Source: Haliotis rubra (taxonomy: Eukaryota). Taken from it: a DNA stretch of 64,000 nucleotides. The translations under genes and the position numbers were made by a program. Location of the stretch: assembly GCF_003918875.1 (NCBI RefSeq), contig NW_025767046.1, positions 2,604,001-2,668,000 of the forward strand, given 5' to 3'. Positions 1-11,560 of the stretch are shown here, in pieces. Below the pieces are notes generated by a model, which saw only the letters and a program-made list of their open reading frames with translations, was not told the origin of the DNA and did not search any database. Numbering within the stretch: the stretch's first letter is position 1; each line of letters opens with the position of its first letter.

Positions 1-2061
1 AAATAACACTAGGAACGGGTTTACATGAACAAGGAATCTAATGTATATTGTATGCCATTGACCGTGTCTCTGAATTTTGTTCTGAACACCTACATGATTG
101 AGTGAGTGAGATTGTTTTACGCCGCACTCGGCAACATTCAAGCTATATGGCGGCAGTCTGTAAAAGTCTGGACCAGAAAATCGAGTGATCAACATCACGA
201 GCATCGATCTACGCAATTGGGATACGATGACATGTGTCAACCAAGTCAGCGAGCCTGACCACCCGATCCCGTTAGTCACCTCTTACGACACACATGGGTT
301 GCTGAAGATCAATTCTAACCCGGATCGTCACGGGTAACACCTACATGAAATACGAACTATCTTCAACGGTTGCATGCACAAACAAAAATGTAATTAATTC
401 ATTACAACTCATGCAGAGTTAGTATATTGTCAGTTTGTCCTTAAAGGTGACTATTATACAAAGCCGGTTCTGGATGCTGTCATAGATTGCATTATCGCCA
501 GAGGCTCGGTTTTGTTATTCAAGTCTCATAAATTGAATCGACGTTTGTCTGACAGGTCAAGCTGCTTATGGTCATGTTAAAGATCCTTCACATTCTTGAA
601 AGATATGTTATGCAAATATTAGAGATCTTACGCAATTTTACACCAGTGGTTATAACCTGAAAACGATTTCAACAGCAGCTCTTTCTTTAGTGACTTAGTT
701 AACAAGATATTATTAAATTTTATTGTCCAATGCAAAATCTAATTGTACTCTAAATTTATTTTTGGTAAAATGTAGTATTCTTTCAGCTCAGACGTCAATG
801 GCTCTGGCTCATTGTTACAGGGTTCTTCTTAATATTATTGTACGCTTGTATTTAACAAGAATGGTTTTATATCTATTCATCAGTTGAAACCTATTTTGTG
901 GTACATCAACACTGTTTTGCCGGCTTGTTTAAAAATAATGGTATATGTATGTTTTGGGTCAAAATATGCTGACACATCAGTATTCACAAACCAAACCACA
1001 GCTTTATTGCATTGATTACATAATAATGAAGCTGTTGCTTGAGGGTATATCCCTGTAATTAAGTTATTCCACTTCAAATTTCATATTATAAACTATGTAA
1101 AAATCCCAAGGACCCATTCATGTCAGTTTGTTCGTGGAGAAACATAAACCTCCATGAAAGATAATATGTATTTATTCTGAACATGTTTTCAATCTACAGC
1201 TGCATACTAAAATGTATGGGGATATAGGAAAGGGGTGATTTGATCATTATATATACATCATCAACAAACGGATAATCACATAACATGTGATGATACATTC
1301 TGAAACATTGTATTCTCCTCAAACCAGCTGCACGCAATCCTAAATGAATAATGTCTCCATTGCGTTTGAAATCTATACGTGTTTGTGCATTGAAGGACAT
1401 TTGTGTATGGTCGAGCGATACATCCCCGCTTCACGCATGTAGGTTCTAAATACGTACAGCGTCCATTTCGTTATGGATTTCATAGACTTCAACTTTCTCT
1501 GATACAAAATGTCCTTCTTGTGTAAAGAACTATTCACGGATTTGTTTTATATTTGGACTAAAAATATTTTATGATATCTTTTTAAAAATCTTCTTGTACA
1601 CTCTAAATCACTTTATGTAGAGACTGTAGGTGAAATCTGTCGATTTGCATGGGCTATTAGACATTTTCGTTTCAAGTTTAGGTCACTAAGCCATTTGCTC
1701 TCAGATACTGGAACCCTAACAACAGATCGTATTTCGTTTTTATTGCAATGCCTACTATATCCGACACCAGGTGTTCGAAAAATGGGGTATGCATGCCTCG
1801 TGACCTGTGGAAGGGATTATTCATGGAAATAAGTAATGCATTGATTGCGCCTGAATGAACGTGGGAGCCACAACATTGCGTAACCCAAATAAACATCGTG
1901 AGAAAATGTCCAGCGTGAAAGAGATATATATTAATGAGCGCCTCGTTCTTAACGTATCCTTGATGCCAGTCCTTAATTGCATATGTTACATGGGATAGGA
2001 CTTCTCTTTCATTTCCGTGGCATAATTACCGGTAATTACCAGCTTATTATACCTGTAGTGG

Positions 2062-2069
2062 TATATAAA
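2062..2069 (+). promoter_or_regulatory. TATA box of paralog A
   Basis: TATATAAA ~60 bp upstream of the ATG. Equivalent boxes upstream of B (~11498), C (~25631, minus), D (~35917, minus), E (~42954, minus) and F (~49118). Confidence 0.7.
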
Positions 2070-2124
2070 CCCAGTCAAATAGACACCAGCATTAACTCAG
2101 GTTCTTCTCGAGTACAGTTCTACC

Positions 2125-3969
2125 ATGGCTTTCCTCGCAGTAGCTCTTCTATCTGTCATATCTCACCTGGCTTTGGGTCAAGGTTTTGGACAGAGCAATA
2201 CAGGTGTTGGTCAAGCTAATGCAGGATTTGGTTTGGGTCAGGCAGGAGGGTCTTGGGGTCAAGCTGGATTTGGAGTTGGTGGAATTGGCGCTGGTGGATT
2301 TGGTAACCATGGACGCGGGATTGGTGGAGCAGGTTGGGGTCAAGTAGGAGCAGGATTTGGCCAGAACATTGTCAACCCTTTCCTGAGTGAGTATTAATGC
2401 ACAATATAATTTACAACCAGGTCAATTCGCTTTATGATCATCGAACGCCCGACAGTATTGTATATTGATACGGGAATACTTCAGGTGTCTTCCCGATACC
2501 CATGTTCACTTGACATGCGGGATGTATTGACAATATGTTATGTTTTACAAAACGATGTTTGTGTTTGAGGGTCCAGAATAGTAAACGGTTAGATCCTAAA
2601 ACATAAGTGCACATTTACTAACCATTAAACGCCTATTTGTATTATATATGGGGTAACGTATTATTTTCTTTTTGCCCCAGATACAACCATCACATGCACT
2701 GGAACAGCTACAGGATTTGCCTTCTCTGCGACCCTAAGGAGGATGCAGCCATCTTGGGGAGGATGGGGTGTAAGTAGTCTCATTCACTGACTGAATTGGC
2801 CTGGGGTTTCGGGTGTTAGAAACTTCTTTAAAGTTAAACACTACATTTAATAGTACCTACGTCAGTTATGTACAAACAGATTGATTCATTTGTCAATACA
2901 GCTTGGTCGATCTAGAAGTGGACTGACTGGATCTGCCGTTCTAAGGACTACAACCGCATCAGGAACCTACAACCTCGTCATCACTGAGAGGTCTCGTGTT
3001 GAGGCTGGATGTACCGCTGATGGACTTGGACCTGTCATTGGAAGGTAGGGACGAGGTGTTCTTGATATGGGTCGTTTGGATGGGGTGGGATTAGTTAAAA
3101 CAATATTGGGAAAGTATTATGTATTTTGGGGTTTGAACCACACACGTTTAACGAGTGTTTAAAGAATTTTCACATTTTTACGCTTGAATAAAACTTTTAT
3201 CCCGACCGGTAAAGAGAAGTTCTCTAATGCATCTTGATATCACACAATGTCTCTTCAACAGCAACGTTTGGGGCCAACGTCAAGGTCTTGGTCAAGGCTG
3301 GGGTCATGGTCTTGGTCAACAGTGGGGTCAAGGTCTTGGTCAAGGATGGGGTCATGGTCTTGGTCAACAGTGGGGTCAAGGTCTTGGTCAACAGTGGGGT
3401 CAGCCATGGGGACAGCAATGGGGACAAGGTTCATTGGGCACCGGAACGACCACCACCCCCGGAGTTGTCAGCTCTGTCACCCTCACTACCAACCAGGAGA
3501 CCATCGTTGACTTGGGTACTGCCAACCTACCATTCAGAGAGCTCGAGAGATACGGAGGACGTGGTCTGGCTGTAAGTATTTTTTAAAAACTTGTTTGAAG
3601 TCATTTTATAGTGTCCAGACAATTTAAAGGAAGTCCTATTGTCCGCTTATGTACGTTTTTAATCAAATCCACCATCGGCGTAACAGGGAAATTTGGATTC
3701 ATCACACATAGTTAACAATGTGTGAATCACTCAAATTGAAAACAGAACAAAACAAATGTCTGGTTAGACCTGTAAGTATTAAGTGTTATAATAAACTCTG
3801 TAAGATAGATGTAGCTCTGTAACTAATGGCATTGTCTTACTGTTGTTTTCAGTTGTGCACATCCTTGACCACTGGCACTGATGGACGTCAAGTGTGTATG
3901 GAGCCTATTCTGGCCTGCTGCAAGTTGGGATTCGACAACATGGACGCTGTCACACCAACACCTCCATAA
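2125..3969 (+). CDS. Paralog A: secreted Gly/Gln/Trp-rich protein with C-terminal 6-Cys (putative degenerate Cu/Zn-SOD-fold) domain, 306 aa
   Basis: Exons 2125-2386, 2681-2769, 2902-3044, 3262-3571, 3853-3969. All introns GT-AG; spliced frame open to TAA. Signal-peptide-like MAFLAVALLSVISHLALG|Q; C-terminus LCTSLTTGTDGRQVCMEPILACCKLGFDNMDAVTPTPP. Confidence 0.93.
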
Positions 3970-5589
3970 ATGAGTGATGGGGAAGATGGAAGAAGTGTGT
4001 GAATGTTGAATGCAAAATGTGTGAAAACGTTTGTTATGTTACCAATAATCAATATATTTAGATAATTATACAATTTCTCATATTTTCATTTCATGTGACA
4101 TTGCTACATTTGTTGTCTGCATGTCCCTGCATGTTTATCATCAGTCATTATCAAAAGTACAAAAGATATTTATTTCATAAATAAAAAAATACGAAAACAA
4201 CACGTGTTTCATACTTCTTATGTCAAAACAGCATCAGTAATTATGTGCAAACACGTGTCATTAGACACGTGGATCACTTCTCTGAGAGACGAAAGGTGAC
4301 TGCAGTGCCAAGGATTGTATGCCAGATCGTGGCTTTGAGTGAGTGAGTCAGTGAGTTTAATTTTACGCCGCACTCCTCATTATTCCATCTAAAATGACGG
4401 CGGTCTGTAAATAATCGAGTCTGGACCAGACAATCTAGTGATCAACACCATGAACATCGATCTGCGCTATTGGGATACGATGACATGTGTCAACCAAATC
4501 AGTGAGCCTGACCACCCGATCCCGTTAGTCGCCATTTACGACAAGCATGGGTTACTGAAGATCAATTCTAACCCGGATCTTCACGGGTCTCATGGCGTCC
4601 GCTTTGACAGACGAAAGGGTGACCCAAGTGCAAATGATTCATGTTGGATCACAGCTTGGATGGGAACATGTGGGACCCTGAGGTCGAAGACGCCAGAACT
4701 GATTGTGTACGCAGGTTTTCCATTTACACGGATTTGACAAACCTTGATGTAACTGAAATGTATTTTAAATAAGTGTAAAACGTTTCTCATTGAGTCACTG
4801 CTCTTACAGTATTATCATCGTAGAGGAATTCCTACCTTGAAGCGGATGCCTGCTTGATTGGTCAGAATAATATTAATATTAGAAAATGCACCAGCCTTTT
4901 CATACCTGGACTTCCGTATGATTAAACATATCCATCGATAGCCTATCAGTGTATACAACAATGGTTGTCTCTTTTACACTGCAGAAGCACCAGTCCAAAC
5001 ATTATGAAGTGAAGGTGAGGTGAAATGGGGTTTAACGTCGTATTTAAGAATATATCGCTCATATGACAACGTGCATGCGTGTGTATGTGTGGCTGCTTGT
5101 ACTAGCCCAGACTTAAGCTGGTTTTATAGTGCTAGCTCACTGAGATACCATGCCGCAGTTAAGCATGGCTACCCTACTCAGACACATTATACCGACTCCG
5201 ATCCGACCAGTCCCAGGCCGGGAACAACAAGTGCCATATTTTAACGTCTTTTGATATGACGCGGCCGAAGATCGAACCCGCGACATTTTGCTCTCCATAT
5301 AAAGAAGTCTGTTTCAAAACATATTAAATATAGCTGCTAGTGACCCATCAAACAAAAGTCTATATCAGTGTTAGCACAAGATTAATTCCAGTGCGATTGC
5401 TCCGTCACGGAAAGAAAGAATACTTAATTCATAAGATCATATTTTCAACACCCGGGGATCATTCAACTCGCGTAGCCACTAGACGCACCAGGTTAGTGTG
5501 GCTTTCCCATCCTTACGAGGTACCCATTCACAGCTGGGTGGACAGGGACACATAGTCACAGTACTTTGTCCAAGTTTACTGCACGTTGC

Positions 5590-5842
5590 TGTACCCGCAA
5601 CTAGATCTGTGCACGTATTCATGTGGTCACCATCTGGTCATTTACCAAAGGATTCGTGGGTTCTTTTAAGTGCACAGGGTTATGTACTGTACACTAGGGG
5701 TTGTGACAACACTGAAAGAGTCTGCACACAAACATGACTCCAAGGCTTTTTACACCCAGTGACAGATGGGCTCGATCCCGGCACCTCAAGCTCACTGGAT
5801 CACGAGTCTGGCGCCTTAGACAGCTCGCTCACCACGCCCCCG
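5590..5842 (-). mobile_element. Another tRNA-derived SINE
   Basis: Minus strand GGGGCGTGGTGAGCGAGCTGTCTAAGGCGCCAGACTCGTGATCC...GGGATCGAGCCC tRNA-like head. A SINE-like body fragment (GTCCACCCAGCTGTGAATGGGTACC) is adjacent at ~5450-5575. Confidence 0.55.
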
Positions 5843-6405
5843 AAAGAATGAAAAAGATGAAAAACATGAACGATACTCCTATTCAAGTACAATAGTCAAC
5901 AGTACAGGCCTAGGGATATTACACTTCAAAGTGGTTGTCATGTATTAATCGTCAGAAAAAAAGTACAATGATCAACCACTTATGGAGTTTAAAATACAAG
6001 TTATCGGGAAAACAAACTATTGAGAGAATTACAGGGACAATTGCATTAATGAAAATTTTTTGTTATCAATTTATTAGCATTTTGAAGATCTAATAATATA
6101 TAAGGTGCAGTTCGTGTCACTGGTCATGAGGCGCGGTGGGGAAACCTAATGGTTAAAGCGTTCGCTCGTCACGCCGAAGGCCAGGGTTAGATTCCCCACT
6201 TGAGTACAATGTGTGAAGCCCATTTCTGTTGTCCCCAGTCGTGATATTGCTGGAATATTGCTAAAAGCTGCGTAAAACTATACTCACTCACTCACTCACT
6301 AGTCATGATTAAATAGTCATAGTGAAACGCGTCTCAAATTGCAGGCCCTTCTTAAAAGAATACCAGTGACACACCTGGATACGCAGTGGACATATAACAG
6401 AACAG

Positions 6406-6752
6406 GGCCCATTCCTCAAAGCGATCGTAGAGCTAAGATACTTTAACATAGACTAACGACATACCATAACTCCCATACTTTAACATAGACTAACGACATG
6501 ACATAACTCCCATACTTTAACACAGACTAACGACATAACATAACTCCCATACTTTAACATAGAATAAGGACATAACATAACTCCCATATTTTAACATGGA
6601 ATAAGGACATAACATAACTCCCATACTTTAACATAGACTAACGACCATAACTCCAATACTTTAACATAGACTAACGACATCACATAACTCCCATACTTTA
6701 GCATAGAATAAGGACAGTCGTAGCGCTACGATAGCTTGGAGGAACGGGGGCC
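6406..6752. mobile_element. MITE (PIF/Harbinger-like) with an internal 37-bp tandem array
   Basis: Imperfect TIRs GGCCCATTCCTCAAAGCGATCGTAGAGCTA / TAGCGCTACGATAGCTTGGAGGAACGGGGGCC; CAG on both flanks; ~7 copies of CCCATACTTTAACATAGACTAACGACATGACATAACT. Confidence 0.7.
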
Positions 6753-9276
6753 CAGATCTCAGAGGATAACAACCATAATCTTAGGGATGGATCTAATTTA
6801 CAGTCAACAGAAGGGCCTAAGGGTATGCTAACATGTTTCTCACTTGTACGATTCCATTGTGGAACGCTTACCCCCAGGGTTTATTAACGCTTTCTCATTA
6901 TGAGAACTAAAGACTTTAATCAATGCTTCTGTCACTACAAATACAAATATATAGTTACATGTCGGTTCTAGATACCGTCATTTAATTCATTGTCGCCTCG
7001 GGCCCAGCTGAAGCATTGAATCTATATGCCTCGCTCTGGTCAAACTGCTTATGTGTCTTTTGTAAAATGTTTTGCGTTTTTAAGTATATGCATAAATCAT
7101 GCAAATATGATATGCATTATTCTTTCATTGATATAACCTGATAAGTTATAAACGACAGCTCTTCATTTAGAGACTCAGTTAACTGGAAACTGCTTAATCC
7201 GTCCACGAATTTATTGTCAATAGCAAAAGATTTGAATAATTGTGTAAAATTGTACACGCATATAACACATGGATATGTTGATATCAATTCACCATTTGAT
7301 TTCCGTGCAAAGGATTTATAAAGGATTATTTTGCATGTTTACCAGGTTGAATTTAACGCGCACATAGTGTCACATAGGCCACAATCCATCTCTATTTTCT
7401 AATTAGGAACTTGTCAAAGGTACTGCTTTAAAATAGTCATTTTTTGATGTTCAAAACATATGTGATTAAATGTTGAGAAAGGTTGTTTTGCCGGATTTCA
7501 CAACAAAAAAGTATAAATAAATGCTCCTCTCTTTCTATCACAGAATATTCTTGAATCAGTGACCGACAAAATATTTTGTCTCCTAAAAATACGCGACTCA
7601 CTCCTGAAAAGAAAATTGTTAAAAAATATCAAGATTCCGTTCAAAAGAAAACGTAGACCCCATGTTTGATGGTCAAACTAATAGAAAATGGGTAATCAAT
7701 GGTGATGTATTTGTATCTTGGACCTAAAGTTAGTATCGTTATAATAAGGTTGCAAATTGTTTGGACAAAGCCAATTTTAGTGTTCTTTCTTCTGGTCGGC
7801 AGTTTGTTTGGACCAATATCTGGGTAACATTTGCGCATGAAATTTAAATGTTAGGATGTTTAATGTTAGGATGTGTATCCATACATTTTGTAAACCTCCT
7901 TAATAATAATGAATGAAAACAATAATATTGCGGGAAGGATGAACACAGACATGTATGTAGTTTTATATATATTTTTGTCAGACAAGGAACCAATGTACAC
8001 TCGATATAGTAACCTCAGATGTTTCATTAAAGGACTGAATAAATGTTAAAGACAGATAACACATCAATTACTGTATAAATCACAACATTGCATAACTTAA
8101 ATAGTCGCTGTCAGGGACATATCTGGATTACAAGAACAGATGACCTCGAAAAGCCAATCCTCCATTACACAATGAACACGGGGTAGGACTTCCAGTTAGC
8201 GTCTTCCTTTATTTCTGTGGTACAATTAATCACCAGCTTTTTATTTAAAATCATTCAGTGAGTGAGTGAGTGAGTTAACGTTTATAATCACAGCGGCAGT
8301 ATTTCAGCCATATCGTGACTTAAGACAGTTATAAATTCATGACAAATGCGCAAATTTAAAAACCTGTCGACGAAGGACAGTAAAATCAACTAGTATATCA
8401 CAGTAATAGGAAATAAAACTAGCGTATATCTCTAAGATAGGATTTCAAATTAGGAAAATACAGTATAAAATAAGGCTGAGGATCGCCAATAACTAAAGGT
8501 AGATCACCAGTCTAGGGACCATGGGGACTTACAGTACAGTACCTAGCTGGATTCATACCATCCCTTCAGCCACTGGCGATTGTACTGATAATTAGCTATA
8601 ATAAAACAACAAATATTCTACGATTAAAAAGGTGTGTAGAACTAAATTGACTTGGGAAGTTTTGGGACTTACGTACCCTCTCAGGAGGACAATAAGTTTA
8701 CAGTACTTTAACCCCCCTCGAGGATACAGCCACTAAATATCTTAGTTGCTAGTTTATTGTACCGATTATAAAATATCATTTATCTATTCACAACACATAT
8801 AAATCAAATAAAATCATTCAGATAGATACCAACATTATCTCAAATTCACATTGATAGGCCTCTAACACGTTGAAATAATGGAACACTGGGCATGCTTACA
8901 CTTATGCTTAGAATATAGAAAGCTTCTTTAATGACCTAAACATGTTTTAAGGTGAAACAAGTTTTCAATCGAAAATATGTATATCAGTGTAAATGGGACA
9001 GGGGGGTGATATTTAATCAACATATCGATCTTGTTTGTTTGTTTGTTGTTTGACCCCGCACTCAGCAATGTTCAAGCTATATGGCTGAGTTTAAATAATC
9101 GAGTCTTGACTAGACAATCCAGTGATCAACAGCAAGCGTATCTACGCAATTTGGATACGATGACATGTGTCAACCAGGTCAGCGAGCCTGACCACCCGAT
9201 CCCTTTAGTCGCCTCTTACGACAAGCATGGGTTACTGAAGATCAATTCTAACCTGGGCCTTCACGGGTTATATATA

Positions 9277-10575
9277 TAACACAAAACATTTTCATAAGGT
9301 TTCAAAATAGTTGTTCAAAAACATTTTCGTCAAAATATTTTCTGAACGTTATAAACATGTTTCACAACAATTCATAATGTTATTGAAATGTTTTCAAAAT
9401 GTTATTCAAAAACATGAGACTACAACATGTTTGAAACTATTTCATAACATATCATTTAAACGTTTTTAAGACGTTGAAGAAATGTTGTGCAAGAACATGT
9501 TTAATTAAATATACTCATAACGTTTTTAAAAACATTGCCCACACAGTTATGCCAAATCATACAAATAATGTGTAAATCTCTAAAAAAAACCTAAAAACTG
9601 GAAATGATTTTGAAATGTTTTCAAAATGTTATTCAACATTGCCCACACAGTTATGCCAAATCATACAAATAATGTGTAAATCTCTAAAAAAAACCAAAAA
9701 ACTGGAAATGATTTTGAAATGTTTTCAAAATGTTATTCAAAAACGTCATGCTATAACATGTGTGATACTATTTCATAACATATCATTGAAATGTTTTTAA
9801 AACGTCGCAGAAATGTTGTGCAAGAACATGTTTAATTAAATATACTCATAACGTTTTTAAAAACATTGCCCACACAGTTATGCCAAATCATACAAATAAT
9901 GTGTAAATCTCTAAAAAAAACAAAAAAACTGGAAATGATTTTGAAATGTTTTCAAAATGTTATTCAAAAACGTCATGCTATAACATGTGTGATACTATTT
10001 CATAACATATCATTGAAATGTTTTTAAAACGTCGCAGAAATGTTGTGCAAGAACATGTTTAATTAAATATACTCATAACGTTTTAAAAAACATTGCCCAC
10101 ACAGTTATGCCAAATCATACAAATAATGTGTAAATCTCTGTTATTCAAAACGTCATGCTATAACATGTGTGATACTATTTCATAACATATCATTGAAATG
10201 TTTTTAAAACGTCGCAGAAATGTTGTGCAAGAACATTTTTAATGAAAAATACTCATTGTTTGAAAACATTTGCTAACCATTTCGAAAACATTTTGAAAAC
10301 ATTATAGCCAAATGTTTCTGAAAATGTTTCTAAAACATTTCTGGAACCATACAAAATCACGTGAATTAAACATTTTTTTAAACATTTCGAAAACATCTCG
10401 AAAACACATTTCAGGAAAACATTTTAAAAACCTTATAGTTAAACGTTTTTGAAAATGTTTCGAAAACATTTTTGGAACCATACAAAATCACGTGAATAAA
10501 ACATTTACAAAAATGTTTCTGGAACATTTCACGAAATGTGTTTGGGATGTTTTTAAAAGATTTTTGTGTTAGCAG
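9277..10575. repeat. AT-rich element with ~227-bp internal tandem units and short terminal inverted motif (probable non-autonomous DNA transposon)
   Basis: AACATTGCCCACACAGTTATGCCAAATC recurs at ~9531, 9635, 9862 and 10089. Ends TAACACAAAA / TTTTGTGTTA; many AAACATTT/AAATGTTT motifs. Confidence 0.6.
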
Positions 10576-11560
10576 GAATCCCTATCAGTACTACAGCTGC
10601 TCCTATAATGATATGTTTAAAGGTCACTGTATTGTGACACAACAGCACACAGAGACAAAACCTCACCTTAATTGCACAGTAATTATCTTGCCGCTGGAGG
10701 GTATTATTAATTCCCGTAGTGTTGTAAACAGGGTTTGTACCGAATTAGCTTTTACCTAATTGTCCCTAGGGATCCAAATAGAATTATTTAAAAAGAAAAT
10801 GATGAATTGAATTTTTTAAAAACGCAAAATATTGAGAAAAAGTGTTTTGCATGGTGGTCATGCCATGGACTTGGAGTCAAGACATTGTTCTGTTCTCCTT
10901 TCAGAAAAATAACAGAATTTGGCTGTGACAGAAAAGGTCTCTCACTACAATCTTAGGCACTCACTCATATAAAAGATATTTCGTTCAGGCATAAAAAATG
11001 TAAAATCTTTAACTTTCTAGAATAGTTTCGCAATGCATATGAACGCTGAGATCGCATAATTGTGTACAATGTCGACATATATCTTATAAACTTAATGAAT
11101 AATAATCGATGGAAACCATTACATAAAGGGAAGAATATAGAACTCTCAAAGAAGAATTCTAACAACATTTTTGTTAAAATAGCAATATACGCTTGGTATA
11201 GTTAAAACAAAAGTCTGATTAAACAGTGTTTGAGTAAAACATTTTTAAACAAGCAATGCTCATGAATGAATGTGGGAACCACAACACTACATAACCCAAA
11301 TAAAAGAGGTGAAAAAAATATCCAGGGTGAAAGAGATAGATGTTGATGAATACTTCGCTCTTAATGTATCCGTGAAAGCTGTAAATGTCTTAATGCCAGT
11401 CCTTTATTACATAAGCTGTTCGGGATAGGACTTCCGATTGTCACCCTCCTTAATTTCTGTGACGTAATTAATTACTGGCTTATCATACCTGTAGTGGTAT
11501 ATAAACCCAGTCAGATAGATACCAACATTAACTCAGGTTCTTCTCGAGTACAGTTCTACC

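Noticed and set aside
3224-3575. Alternative-frame and antisense ORFs over the Gly-rich exons (LTKTLTP, VKVLVNSG, WSTVGSRS repeats)
   Set aside because: By-products of in-frame nucleotide repeats; the spliced frame is fixed by the conserved exon phases.
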